Below the pieces are notes generated by a model. That model was not told the origin of the DNA and searched no databases. It saw only the letters and a list, made by a program, of their open reading frames with translations. A stretch of 63,945 bases of DNA, the filler included, from Octopus bimaculoides (lineage: Eukaryota), in the NCBI RefSeq assembly GCF_001194135.2. It is 6 parts of 6 records of this genome, joined end to end, with 100 filler letters (N's around TTAATTAATTAA, not from the genome) between each part and the next. Parts side by side here need not be neighbours in the genome. Positions count along the whole stretch, not along the records: positions 1 to 19,870 come from NC_069002.1; 5 more parts are not named here. The stretch is one strand, 5' to 3'. The stretch's first letter is position 1, and each line of letters begins with the position of its first letter. The translations under genes were made by a program, and so were the position numbers. Shown piece by piece: positions 1 to 12,835 of this stretch.

Positions 1-146
1 TAAACAATTATAAATAAGGGCAAAAGAAAAAAAGGTTTCTATGTCAATATGCCGAGAATAGACTTTAAATCGTCAATTACTACATACAATATACATTCAC
101 TATGAATACACCTCATGCTGAAATCGAGGAAGGCAAGCAAACAGAA

Positions 147-185
<39 letters not shown>

Positions 186-294
186 TTTCTCCATTAGAGT
201 TATTCCCTCTCTTGGCGTAAGTATAGCACACGGCCAAAACAAACAAAAATGTAGGAACGATTAGAATAATGTTATAGACAATCCTTTTTATCAT

Positions 295-498
295 ATGTAC
301 AAGGACTGAAGTTTTGAGGAAGGGGACTGACTAGTCGATTACATTGACCCCAGTGCTCGGGTGATGTTTGTTTTATCGACCCACAAGGGATGAAAGGCAA
401 AGCCAACTCCGGCAGCAATTGAACTCAGAAAGTGAAGACGGACGAAATACCGCTAAGCGTTCCGTCCGATGTACTAACGATTTTACCAACGCACCGCC

Positions 499-500
<2 letters not shown>
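295..500 (-). mobile_element. tRNA-derived SINE, family A
   Basis: Reverse complement begins AAGGCGGTGCGTTGG.., has a B-box-like GAGTTCAAT, and the body module gtcgataaaac...ctggggtcaatgtaatcgact shared with many copies in the window. Confidence 0.8.
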
Positions 501-531
<31 letters not shown>

Positions 532-640
532 GTAATAATGAAAAAAATAATAATAATAGTAATAATAATGGTTTCAGGTTTTAGCACAAGGCCAGCAATT
601 TCGGAGGAGGGGTAAGTCGATTACATCGACCTCGGTGCTC
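501..640 (-). mobile_element. (AAT)n tail plus 3' end of a second family A SINE, head-to-tail with the copy at 295-500
   Basis: ggtttcaggttttagcacaaggccagcaatt matches the reverse complement of the tail tgctggccttgtgccaaaatttgaaacc seen at 27300-27345, 49310-49340 and 58460-58490. Confidence 0.7.
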
Positions 641-1764
641 GACAATAATGATGTCCTCCTCTCCCAACAAAGACAACGTATGCGTGTTTATTTTTGTTGT
701 CGTACGACCTGCACAAATGATTTGTCTCTAGTGAATAAATCTATGTACCGTACATTATCTTACTCCCCTCCAATCAAATCGACGTTGCCTGAACGTGTGC
801 ACAGTGTACCACACGTTAGACATCGAAGTGATCGCAGGGCAACATGAAGTGTTTGGCTCAAGAAACCACGATCTTGCAAGCAACATCTTAACTACTAGGC
901 CATAATAATAATGATAGCAATTCCTCGCCTTTGTGTGTTTCAAATATTTGTAGCTGTTAGCCTCCTTGTTTTCAAATATAATTGTTGTAAATCTATTTTT
1001 CTCAGCTTCCAAATTCTATAGGCAATTACATCAAATGTTATTTTCTTTCTATTTCACGTTACCGAAATATAACTGCTGCCTTCGAATATTGGTTTATACT
1101 CAATCATTGAACCAGACTATCGATTACAATAATGAATGTTAAATTTGCTAATTATGAACGTATTATTTCCACTGAACTAAATCTATTCATGAATACATCT
1201 GAAAAGAATTATTTAAGTAAAGGCTAATTATTAAACCAATTAAAATAATAGGACCGGAATTACTTGATAAAGTGTTTCCAAAGCCGGATACCATTTTCTT
1301 TTAAAACAACGTATAGACATTTAAATAAGTTAGAAAAATTACAAATTTTTATGAGAGTTCAAAATGGTGTTTTGTTTTGCACATCCAATTATTTGAATTT
1401 TAAATGGAAAGGTGAATCAATGTATATACATGTTAACGTAACATAACATTTGCGAAAATTCAATATATTTTGTAAGTTAACGAAAAAAATCGTCTTTTAA
1501 CATGATAAACTCTGTGTAAGGCATACACGTGTGTATGCGTGTGTGTATGTGTGTCTATATTTACATGCAGACCTACAAACACTCTCTTCCACTCTTTCAC
1601 AAACTCGTGTATATATATATATATATATATAGATGTAGTTCTGTCTGCATGTAAATATGCAAATATAACTGTATATAAATTTTTTTTTTTACAGAACCTG
1701 ATAACTGCTTATAGATAAGTTTGTAAGTTTGTATACATGTGTGTGTCTGTCTCTGTGTACGTAT

Positions 1765-1797
<33 letters not shown>

Positions 1798-2288
1798 ATA
1801 AAAACAGACAAGTGGGTTATAATGTATTGCTACAATTGTTTCCGTAGGTGTTTTTATTGCCCCATAAGAATAATGCTCAGTGACTTGTTTATTTGGTAGC
1901 CTGATGAGTTGGAAGTTACGTAACATATTACGCGATCTAAATTAATTATATTATGCTTATGTCACAATAAAGATTCCCCCATCAAACAATTGTAGCAATA
2001 CCAGACAACCCATTCGCCTGTTTTCATAATGTTTTTACGCCACACTTAAGTTTCCATTCATCATTGGATAATTTTGGATACAGTTGGAATTGTGGATACC
2101 CTAACAACAGTGAACTTCCTTCACTGATGCATTCTGTGATCAGATAATGGATTATTTAACTGCTTTGCGTCATTTTGTTTAGTCAATTTGTGGCGTGCTT
2201 CACTTTCATATTCCTTGATCCTTTATGGATTCATTGTAACAAAAAAAAAAACTATATATGTATACACATACATACATACATACATACA

Positions 2289-2320
<32 letters not shown>

Positions 2321-2699
2321 CATATTTGTATATGTATGAATGAATGGATATATACTGACCGGTTTCGTAAACGGATCTTTGAACTCATAATGAATATCAG
2401 AAACAGCTGTAAGTCTACGATACACAAATAAATGTCAAGCCCAACATTTCTTCTTTTTCCTTATACATACATACATACATACACACATACATACATACAC
2501 ACGCATGCATACATGCACACACATACACACACATATGTATGTACATCTGCACATTTATTTACATATATGCAGTTATGAGGTAACATAGAAAAGATTTGTC
2601 TGGTATTTAGTATTATTTAAACTAACAAACATGATATTTCGTGCAGCAAGTTTAATCATCTTTGTGTTTTATACGATTTTGTCTCAAGCAAGATTTAAG

Positions 2700-3070
2700 G
2701 CCAGTGTGGCGTAAAGAACTACGATGAAGGAAAAGAAAGGGGTTAGAAATTCAAAAGCTGTCAATCGACACCTTAAAGGATTGGATAGTGTGGACCAGAG
2801 GAAGAGAAGATGTTGGTAGTGAGTTCGAGAGAGCAGCAGTTCGAGGAAAGAAACTATTAGAATAAAAGGATTAGCAGGAATTTTAACAGAAGAACGATGT
2901 GTCTAGGTGACACGTTTTAAAGGTCTTGACATAGGATACTAAACCAGAAAGTTCATCATAGCAAAGACCATAGAAATACTAATAGAAAAAGTACAAAGAA
3001 GATATATATTTCGATGACGAGCCAAAGAATCTAAGGTAAGAGAAGAGGACCCAATATGTTAACAACTTAT
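2700..3070 (-). mobile_element. Decayed non-LTR retrotransposon, RT C-terminus (CR1/L2/jockey group)
   Basis: Minus-strand translation across frameshifts gives LDSLARHRN..YFYGLCYDELSGLV..NSFFPRTAALSNSLP..IQSFK, matching the L.HRR..Y..G.CS.EL..NSFFPRT..LWNSLP pattern of these LINEs. Confidence 0.7.
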
Positions 3071-3710
3071 ATAGTTTCCTTCATTTTCTATCATGTCTCT
3101 CCGTCTGTTTGTAAGTTTTTGAATGTCTGATATGAAATACTCCTTGGATTTTGAATTAAAATACATAGTTAGATATCCATCTCTTAATATAATAATGAGC
3201 ATAGTGTTTTTATATATTTGTATATATATAAATTTGTCCAAAATCGCGCATTAGGAGTGAATGGTGAAGGGAGAGGAGAGAAAATAGTAATTCAGTGAAG
3301 GAGAGGTAGTGAGAGTAATAGCCATGACTGAGAGGGAGTGAGAGAAAGTAATAGCAATGAAAGAGAGGAAGTGGCAAAGAGAGCGTCGTGTATCTTCTGC
3401 TATAATAATACTCTTGTGTATTTCTCCGCTGCAACATATGAATGGGAAAGGAAGGGGTGATCCACCGATGGAAGTGGGATGGTGAAAAGTCAACGGTGAA
3501 ACAAAAGTCAAACAGCGCTTCAACTCTGTGTGAGTATATGTGTGTGCGTGTAAAAGGGTGGAATGTGAATGTTTATGTGCGTGTGTGTGTGTGTGTGTGT
3601 GTATGTTTGTGTAAAATATATTTATATATTTGAGTGAGTGCATATGTGTTTGTGTATGCTTATTTAGAAAGATACATGAAAAATAGAATTACAGACGCAC
3701 ACGCGCATTT

Positions 3711-3741
<31 letters not shown>

Positions 3742-3743
3742 AA

Positions 3744-3844
<101 letters not shown>

Positions 3845-4090
3845 GTATATATAAACAAACACACTTAAAAAGGAAAGAAGTAGGCTGTAACAGTATAGAA
3901 AACCGTATTCGCTACAGACTGTGCTACTCATACATATAAATGTATATATATGCGCGCACGCGCGCACACACACACAAATTGAAGCACTGCTTGATTCTTT
4001 CACCTTTTTGTACCCTTTTTATATATAAAATACTACAATTAGCTGTCATTTTTGACGACACGGGGTCATCTAGTTAATATATATTGGGCA

Positions 4091-4372
4091 AAGGGTAAAG
4101 CCCGCGTACAGTCATGAATGACCATGGGATTGCTCCTAGAAAGTTCCCCTTCGAGGCACAAGTCTGGACATGGTTGTGTATGGAAGACTAGTAGTCGCTC
4201 ATGCATGCCAGCCTCCCCTCTCCGCGCCACTGATGTTGTCCAAGGGAAGGGCAAAGGGACCGATGCAGCTTGGCACCAGTGACGTCGCAACTCATTTCTA
4301 CAGCTGAGCAAACTGGAGTATCTTGCTCATGAACACAACACAGTCCGGTCCAAGAATCGAACTCACAACCCC
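4091..4372 (-). mobile_element. tRNA-derived SINE with CORE-like segment
   Basis: Reverse complement has GAGTTCGATTC B box, then tgtgttgtgttcatgagcaagatactccag..ctcagctgtagaaatgag, followed by a distinct 3' body. Confidence 0.7.
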
Positions 4373-4979
4373 TTCACCTTCATACTTAATATATATTTAC
4401 ACTGTTGACAGGCAAGCTACTGCAGGTTTCGTCCGAGATAAATTTCTTATGGAGTGCTTTATTTAAAAACACAATATATAGATCAGAGGGAGACGAAAAC
4501 TTCTGCACGAAAACCGCAGTAACTTGCTTACGAACAGCGTGTATACATTAATGATGATACATAGATGGCTATTCTAATACTGCTTCAATTCCGTACACCA
4601 GATTATTTATTCAGCCCGGTAACCACCTGCAATATCAGTGAATGTTTTATTCACTGTTTCCTATATCGAAAGCGATAGGCCTCGTCTAAGCACCAGGCTG
4701 CGTGTACACGTCAATAATAAGACCAAAGAAGGCTAAACTGCATCTGGAGTTTTCGCTGGCCACTGCTGGGACAATTTCCGTCTCCCTCCGATATATACTG
4801 TATTTTTAAACGTGGCACATCCACAAAAGATTTTATCTCAGATGAAAACCACAGTAATTTGCCTGTCAACAGTGTATATATCTTAATTATTGTACGTAGA
4901 TGGTTATTTTAATTCAATATTACCTCGGTTACGTACACTGGATTATATATAGAAGTATAGCCTACGGGCTATACATTAC

Positions 4980-5800
4980 TTGAGTAAATGGTTTTGCAAA
5001 GAGCTAAATATGATGGAACATGGTCTAGACAATATGGAACGAGCAGCACTTTTCCCCATTTGAACAAGTCCAGAATACTTTTGGTGACTTGTGCAGTGTT
5101 TTATTGAAGCAGTTTTCTATCCACAGAAGTCTTCAAACGGAAGTTACTGACAAAAGAGATTGTTTGATTCAGCTCCAAAAAGAGCTCAAAATGAAAAATA
5201 ACTCCTTCAGTATTCTACCAAACACAATCAGGTGAAGCCCCAACCCTTCATAAGTTGTGATACATATTCTTGATTTGGGTTTAGCCAGTGTACTTCGAGG
5301 ACAAAGATTTCCGCAAAGAATTCATTTCTCATCTCTACTCGCGATCCAGTTTAAAAAGTGAGGTTTGGTGTTTCCGTGTATGGAGAGATTCACAGCAGCG
5401 AAGCCTTTGCTGGTGATTCACAGATGAAAAAAACCCCAAAAAACTTAAGGAACCTATTTTCCTCACTTTAAAAAGTTCTTTAGTTTCTTCAGATAATTAC
5501 GAACAACCATAATGCTAACATCAACCTCGGTAGAAACCTCTCTCACTGTAATAACAGGAATTCTTTCTAAGAGTTCTCACTAGCATTTCGGCATTCCTAA
5601 TTGGGAAAATTTTTCTCGGTTCATCAAGCAAATTGAAATTGCCACGTTTGAATTTTTCATTTGATTCGCAGCTTCATTCACTGCTAACCAAAAGCTTTAT
5701 GAAAATCTCTGGCTGCTTCGCTTGCAATTAGAACCTCGATGAAATTTCTAAAGTACAATGCCACAAATATGCTCTTTGCTTGGTTACTGCTCAACAGGAA
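4980..5800 (-). pseudogene. Decayed Tc1/mariner (mariner-type) transposase
   Basis: Minus strand, with stops and frameshifts, gives collinear motifs: KEHI..F.RGSN.ASEAAR; KFKRGNFNLLDEPR; TVREVS..VVRNYLKKL..GK*VP; FLNWIASRDEK*IL (cf. IVTGDEKW); GVIFHFEL; LLQ*N; KVLLVPYCLDHVPS (cf. HPPYSPDLAPS). Confidence 0.85.
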
Positions 5801-6134
5801 ATTTTCCTGAAGTGATTTTACATCAATGAATGAGACCAACATTTAGAGAGCTTACAACCCCCTCTTCCACCCCACCAAAAAGCAGAGACAAAAGCAGGTT
5901 TCATACTCGTAATACAAAAGAATTTTCCATATAACCTAACATATACCTCCATTTTTTACGGCCCTCATCTCATGTTTGAGTTGCTGGAGCGCAGCAATGC
6001 CGGTTTATAGGGTGTGCCGGAGGCATTGAAACCAAGCGGGTCCTATCCCTCTCCAGATCTGTCTCCAGCCAAAGAGGGAGATAGATATATAAATCGATAG
6101 AGAGAGAGAGAGAAGGAGAGAATGAGGTGGGGTG

Positions 6135-6272
6135 AAAACATTCGACCCCAAAAGGATGTAAAGCAGATGAAGCCAACCTCGGTGGTATTTGAACTCAGGG
6201 ACTAGAGAACCGTAATGAATATCGCAAGGATTTTTACGGGGTGCTTTAACGACTCTGCCACTTCGCCGCCTA
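6135..6272 (-). mobile_element. SINE family A, partial
   Basis: cgaccccaaaaggatg..ctcggtggtatttgaactcag..gactctgccacttcgccgcc. Confidence 0.7.
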
Positions 6273-6687
6273 TTCGTTGTTTGTCTCAACACACATTTAT
6301 TTATAAATAGTCGACGTGGAAAAACAGAAGTTGAGAAAGACACTCATTCGATGGCTGATCTCCTTGTGCAATGAGCTTCACATGGTATGAACTGAACGTG
6401 GGGTGAACTCTAAAGTATTCTGTTAGTTGTAGCAGGCACGGGATCGAATGCAAAGCAATGAGACGATTTTTAGGAATTTAGTCTGCAGAGAGCAACTACA
6501 ATTCCACCTCCAGATTTAGAGGAGAAGCAGAATCCAGTGGCACAAATTCGTCGATTGTACAGCGGTATCGTTGCTTACAACAGTGATTTCCTAATATCAT
6601 GCAGTCCCTCGGATCGAACCCGGATGTCTGGAAAGTGAAGTTGTGTTCGGTGTGAAAGTGGATTATGATGAGAGCAAAATTCAATAA

Positions 6688-6968
6688 CGAAGGTGCATGA
6701 CCCAGTGGTTTCGGTGCTGGACTCATGATCGCTAAATCGTGGGTTCTATTCTTAGGCCGAGCTGCGTGTTGTGTCCTTGAGCAAGGCACGCTACTTCCCG
6801 TCACTTCTGCCCACTCGGATGAAAAGGGGTTACAGCAGCTGGTGAAGCGAAGCCCCTACGACGGATTGACGTCCTGATCCGGAGCGGTGGGGACTTGTGC
6901 TTTCAGTGGCTTAAAAACCACGGATAATGAAATAAGCCCCAACCTCATGGACCCAGCAGGCTCGAGAC
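6688..6968 (+). mobile_element. tRNA-derived SINE, family C (CORE-like)
   Basis: Head gaaggtgcatgacccagtggtt..gggttctattc, followed by gtgttgtgtccttgagcaaggcac. Confidence 0.7.
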
Positions 6969-7695
6969 AACAACAAAAAAAGAAAAAAAAAGACTTAATT
7001 TCCAGTTAAAAATCTAATGCTTTCAAAGTGCAAATTCTGACAATATTTGCGAATTTCTGTGTTTGTAATTTTCTTATTTTTCTCATTTGTTATTTATTTA
7101 TTTCCAGCGCCTCCAAAAATGTATTCTAATTTCTTAAGTGTTTGTGCATTCTGTTACATTAATTATACCTCAAAATGGACAAGGAATCTTTTCAAAAGAT
7201 GTAGACATCGACATTGACATCAATTTGTATTGACATATTTTAAGCACCTATTTTTACACAAAACGTTAATAGATAACTAAAAGCCGTCGACGGAGATAGG
7301 AAGAAAGAACAACAAAAACAACAACAAATAAACGAATAAAAAAAACGAAAATCGTGTGTGTATAGTATTGGAATAATATCGGACAATCAATAAATGAAAA
7401 TTTACCTTTCCATAATATTTAGATATTTCAATGAGTCGATCAAATCGGTTGTTGTTACAAGTACATTCAAGTACATTCAAATAGGGCGTCCAAGGGAATT
7501 GGACAAAGAACGTTCGCTTCACGCGCAAAAACACTCAAATGTTACGAATTATCAATGTTTATAAATACAAATGTTCAACAAAAATCTCGTCAGAGAAAAC
7601 ATTCACGCATGCACACACACACACATGCACACATACACACGCGCACACATACTCAAACAGACATAGTTACGTATAGACATACATATACATACATA

Positions 7696-7728
<33 letters not shown>

Positions 7729-7807
7729 GAGAGAGATATAGATAAATAGATAGATATAGATATAGATATAATAAATATATACACATGCGCATACATATAC
7801 ATAAATG

Positions 7808-7839
<32 letters not shown>

Positions 7840-8009
7840 GTATATAAAAGTCTATATGTGTATGTATTATGTATATATGTGTGTGTGTATGTGTGTGTAA
7901 AGGTACAAAGTTATACATCAATATATCGATATATATATATAATATATATAATATATATATATTATATTTATATAATATATATATGTATGAGTTTGTGTAT
8001 ATGTATACA

Positions 8010-8086
<77 letters not shown>

Positions 8087-8305
8087 CCATATCTCTGTCC
8101 ATATCTCTATTTATCTCTCTCTTTCTCTTTCTGTCCCGTCTCTCTCTCTTTCTGTCTCTATCTCTCTCTAATATATATATGCGGTTAGGCTGGGATATCG
8201 TCTTCAATGATTTTTTATATATTTTCGTGAACCATTTATTTCATTCAGTATTTTACCAATTGGCCAATTAGTTACATTTTTACCCAACACCGCTTACACA
8301 CACGC

Positions 8306-8341
<36 letters not shown>

Positions 8342-8984
8342 GCATACACACATACACACACACACACACACACACTCACACACACTTTCACACACATATT
8401 TGTGGGGAGATGAGCAACTTGGCGTACATCCTGTCACAATTTAAGACAGCACTTATACCGCTGGGAGATCCAGATGGTCTCATGTCAGGGTGCTCAGGTT
8501 ACCCTTAACTCTTTATAGCAGGAAGAGACACAAGAAACAACATTGAACATGGAGTTGACCTGAGACCATCAACGAAGGCTGTGGTGAAGAAAAACCATCA
8601 ACCACAATGAGAAGAACGACCCATCCGTTCCAAAGGACCAAATGCAGGATAGCGAATTGGTGGAATTATTTGAGCGTAAGGACTAGATACCTTGTAGTAT
8701 TCGTTCCAGATGTTTGCGATGTGAGTTTCCGGGTAAGGAAATTAATGCTTTGCCATGTTTCAAATCCAGCACGCGGGTTCTTTCGTAGCGTTAGCGGAGT
8801 TTACTCAGCTGCAAGCACTGGAGCCAGCTTTCCGGTTTGAAGATAATGTTCCCCCCTCCTCACTTCATGTCCCCGAGACATTGTTAAAAACAAAATAAAG
8901 GATCACAGTTGTTGCCCTTCCTTTCCTGGATAAGTGATAACAAAATATAGTTTTGCGAACATTTGAACGAGTCTTCGGAGCCAT

Positions 8985-9218
8985 AGTACCACACTTATCA
9001 GGTTTCTATGGCGTATAAGTGACAAACACCACAACATTTGACCATGATTAGGACGCTAGACCACCGCGGGGTTAATCCTTTACAGTTGAGTAGACTGGTG
9101 TAATATAAAATGAAGAGTTTTGCCCAAGAACACAACGCATTGCCCGGTCCGGGAATCGAAATTGCAATCTTAGGTTCTCGAATGCAAAAAGCCTAACCCC
9201 CTAGGCCATGCGCCTTCA
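8985..9218 (-). mobile_element. SINE family C
   Basis: Reverse complement: gaaggcgcatggcctagggggttagg..gcaatttcgattcccggaccgggcaatgcgttgtgttcttgggcaaaac. Confidence 0.7.
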
Positions 9219-9325
9219 CGCTTCTGCAAACATTGCGGTAAATTATTTGTGTCATCTGATGTGGGTCAGGACCCTCATGAGAGATCTGTGACCCACATAG
9301 TATAGTAACGGAACCAAAAAAGAAT

Positions 9326-9515
9326 CGTGTTGTTGCAGCTTTCAGACCTATAAGTAGATCTATGGTGATAGACATTCCAGGCATGACCATCATATCTCAC
9401 TTTCATATAGTGTATCGAAGCTTGCATTATTTCCAACGTGACTTTCTTTTTCGAAGATGCTAACATGGGAAACATGCTGCATTTTCAAGCATTTCGGACG
9501 ACCACGTAGAAGTTC
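9326..9515 (-). repeat. Interspersed repeat family E (orientation defined by its (AAC)n-like tail)
   Basis: gacattccaggcatgaccatc..gctgcattttcaagc..gacgaccacgtagaag; homologous to 12573-12835 and 36400-36600. Confidence 0.55.
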
Positions 9516-9630
9516 GTATCTTGTTTCGTATTCAAGCTTAAGTATAAGAAAGACCTGCAAGGTGGAGCCCTTCCTCAAACTACACCTACGTGCTGTTTAT
9601 ATTAATGGAATCTTCCAACACTATCAAGAG

Positions 9631-9765
9631 AGTTTCTACGCTACGTGGTCACACAATTTGCTAGAAATCATAGCCAAATTCCTTTCACATCACACCTTGT
9701 CTTGTTTTAGGAGGATATCCTTGATATATTGCCTAAAACAGGAGTGGGATTAGCATGATTGGAGC
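9631..9765 (+). repeat. Interspersed repeat family E, inverted relative to 9326-9515
   Basis: ctacgtggtc..gctagaaatcatagccaaattcc..cacacc. Confidence 0.55.
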
Positions 9766-9940
9766 CTGAACCACTGCCGGGGCATTCAGCACCCTAGGCA
9801 ATTCCTACAATGTCTAACCCCGTCTTTTAGCCCCACATTGGGTACCCCTATGAGTTACTTTTCCCACAAATTCCTTCAGCCACCCCTTTCTTGCATCAGC
9901 TAAAAGTGCAAAAAAAAAAAGACTGCAATGGTCCTTCTTG

Positions 9941-10095
9941 AGGCGCACACATGGCTGCGTGGTTAAGAATATCGCTTTGCAACCGTGTGGTCTCGAGTTC
10001 AGTCTCACTACGTAACACCTTGGTGTCCTATGCTATAAGACCCGACCCGGGGTCGACTAATATTTTGTGATTGAATTTGGCAGACAGAAACTGCG
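9941..10095 (+). mobile_element. SINE family B, 5' half (tRNA head plus CORE-like domain)
   Basis: ggcgcacacatggctgcgtggttaag..gagttcagtc..ttgaatttggcagacagaaactg, then (TATG)n. Confidence 0.7.
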
Positions 10096-10264
10096 TATGT
10101 ATGTATGTATGTATGTATGCATGCATGCATGTATGTATGTATGTATGTATGTATGTATGTATGCATGTATGCATGTATCTGTACGTTTTGTAGTATTTAA
10201 TGCATTTTCACTTATGGAGTAACTGAACGCCACGCATCCCGACTTTTGCTGATAGAAAGCTGTA

Positions 10265-10350
<86 letters not shown>

Positions 10351-10911
10351 NNNNNNNNNNNNNNNNNNNNNNNNNNNNNNNNNNNNNNNNNNNNNNNNNN
10401 NNNNNNNNNNNNNNNNNNNNNNNNNNNNNNNNNNNNNNNNNNNNNNNNNNNNNNNNNNNNNNNNNNNNNNNNNNNNNNNNNNNNNNNNNNNNNNNNNNNN
10501 NNNNNNNNNNNNNNNNNNNNNNNNNNNNNNNNNNNNNNNNNNNNNNNNNNNNNNNNNNNNNNNNNNNNNNNNNNNNNNNNNNNNNNNNNNNNNNNNNNNN
10601 NNNNNNNNNNNNNNNNNNNNNNNNNNNNNNNNNNNNNNNNNNNNNNNNNNNNNNNNNNNNNNNNNNNNNNNNNNNNNNNNNNNNNNNNNNNNNNNNNNNN
10701 NNNNNNNNNNNNNNNNNNNNNNNNNNNNNNNNNNNNNNNNNNNNNNNNNNNNNNNNNNNNNNNNNNNNNNNNNNNNNNNNNNNNNNNNNNNNNNNNNNNN
10801 NNNNNNNNNNNNNNNNNNNNNNNNNNNNNNNNNNNNNNNNNNNNNNNNNNNNNNNNNNNNNNNNNNNNNNNNNNNNNNNNNNNNNNNNNNNNNNNNNNNN
10901 NNNNNNNNNNN

Positions 10912-11905
10912 NTAGTAAGGTCACTGTACATGATGATCTAGGGTAGGCAGTGGTCTTTCATCCTGTCAACGTGCCCTGCCAAATGCAGTCATATCTCAAG
11001 TAAAATGGCTTCCAGGCTGGTGACCTTTGCTCGCGCGAGGACTTCAGTGTTCGTGATGTAGTCACTCCAAGAGATGTTGAGAATGGTACGGAGGCAGCGT
11101 TGGTGAAAACTTTCAAGGAGCCTGAGATAATAACGGTAGGAGACCCAGGACTCAGAGCCATATCGGAGTGTCGTGAGAATGATGGCTCTGTAGATGCTGG
11201 TTTTTGTGCTGATCTTAAGATGTTTGTTGTTCCACACACACTTGTACAGTCAGCCAAATGCTTTGTTTGCCTTTGCAAGTCTGTTATCAATTTTTTTCTT
11301 GATGCTCGCATCTAATGAGATGGTGCATCGAAGATTAGTGAACTGCTGTACTGACATCAGCTTCTGTTTCCGCAATGTTGATGTAGGGCGGGCTGTACTT
11401 TTCCTGAGGAGCTGGATGGTGTAGGACTTCAATCTTTTTCAAGCTTACTTATAAGCGGCCTCTGCAAAGCAGGATGTGATGCGCTGCAGGGCTGCTTCTG
11501 TGTGTGCGACAATCGCAGCATCATCTGTAAAGATGAGGTCCTGAACCAGTTGGTCTTTGATCTTGGTGTGGGCCTGTAGACGCCGAAGGTTGAAAAGACT
11601 GCCATCCAGGCGGTACCTGATGAAGACGCCGTCTTTAAAGTCGAGGTCTGCAATGGCCTGCTTGAGCATCATGTTAAAGAAGATGCTGAAGGGAGTTGAT
11701 GCCAGGACACAGCCCTGCTTCACACCGTTGTTGATGGGGAACGGCACTGATATGTCGCTATTTAGGTGGACTTGTCCTTGTTGGTATTTGTGAAACTGAA
11801 TGATCGTGATTAGGAATTTTGGGGGACGGTCAAATCGGTTTGGGATCTGCCATAAGCCTTTCCTGCTTACAGTGTCGAACGCTTTCGTCAAATTGACAAA
11901 TGTTA
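10912..11905 (-). mobile_element. RTE-clade (BovB-like) LINE reverse transcriptase fragment, frameshifted
   Basis: Tracked ORFs: TKAFDTVSR..GVKQGCVLA..IRYRLDGSLFNLRRL..LIFTDD; then KANKAFG..TKTSIYRA..LRYGSESW..FHQRCLRTILNISW; and by hand (W)AGHVDRM..CLP*IIMYSDL up to the gap. Confidence 0.93.
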
Positions 11906-12217
11906 CATAAAGTGGTTTGATAGACGGAAACTGAAAGAAGCCTGTTGTATATATGTATATATATATNNNNNNNNNNNNNNNNNNNNNNNNNNNNNNNNNN
12001 NNNNNNNNNNNNNNNNNNNNNNNNNNNNNNNNNNNNNNNNNNNNNNNNNNNNNNNNNNNNNNNNNNNNNNNNNNNNNNNNNNNNNNNNNNNNNNNNNNNN
12101 NNNNNNNNNNNNNNNNNNNNNNNNNNNNNNNNNNNNNNNNNNNNNNNNNNNNNNNNNNNNNNNNNNNNNNNNNNNNNNNNNNNNNNNNNNNNNACAGTGT
12201 CGAACGCTTTCGTCAAA

Positions 12218-12280
12218 TTGACAAATGTTACATAAAGTGGTTTGATAGACGGAAACTGAAAGAAGCCTGTTGTATATATG

Positions 12281-12315
<35 letters not shown>

Positions 12316-12520
12316 ATGTTTGTCTCCCCAACATCACTTGACAACCGATGCTGGTGTGTTTACGTCCCCGTCACTTAGCGGTTCGGCAAGAGAGACCGAT
12401 AGAATAAGTACTAGGCTTACAAAGAATAAGTCTTGAGGTTGATTTGCTCGACTACAGGCGGTGCTCCAGCATGGCCGCAGTTAAATGACTGAAACAAATA
12501 AAATAAAAAATAAAAAAATA
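12218..12520 (+). mobile_element. SINE family B, 3' portion with internal microsatellite
   Basis: gatagacggaaactgaaagaagcc-(TA/TG)n-gtttgtctcc..cttagcggttcggcaagagagaccgatagaataagtac..ctccagcatggccgcagttaaatgactgaaacaa. Confidence 0.85.
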
Positions 12521-12572
12521 TAAATACACATATATAAATATACATATATAAATTTGGTATTTATTGATGCAA

Positions 12573-12835
12573 CACTCGAACTAACAAGAAAACCATTGGG
12601 TAGTCGCTCTCGCGCTAGAAACAGCAGCCAGCAGCCAATTTGTTATAGATCGCAACTGTACCCTCCCGGGGAAAAAGGCACTATGTTCTCCTCTTTCGAT
12701 ATCCAAAACTAAATTGGATAACATAATATTAGAATATACACGATGTCTGAATAAAAGACGAAATGGTCATCGCTAGAAAGTTTTGGTCATTAGTTTACTC
12801 AATCCGAAGTTGCCCCGGAGTTAAACTAATGCAGC
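12573..12835 (+). repeat. Interspersed repeat family E
   Basis: gtcgctctcgcgctagaaacagcagcc..gacgaaatggtcatcgctagaaag..gttgccccggagttaaac. Confidence 0.55.

Noticed and set aside
9275-9475. ORF with VRYDG..YRSESC, superficially like a Cys-loop receptor ligand-binding exon
   Set aside because: The DNA is a decayed family E repeat; no splice support and no downstream Cys-loop PFD motif.
11867-12290. Exact ~100-bp direct repeat either side of a gap
   Set aside because: Overlapping contig ends; assembly artefact rather than TSD or LTR.
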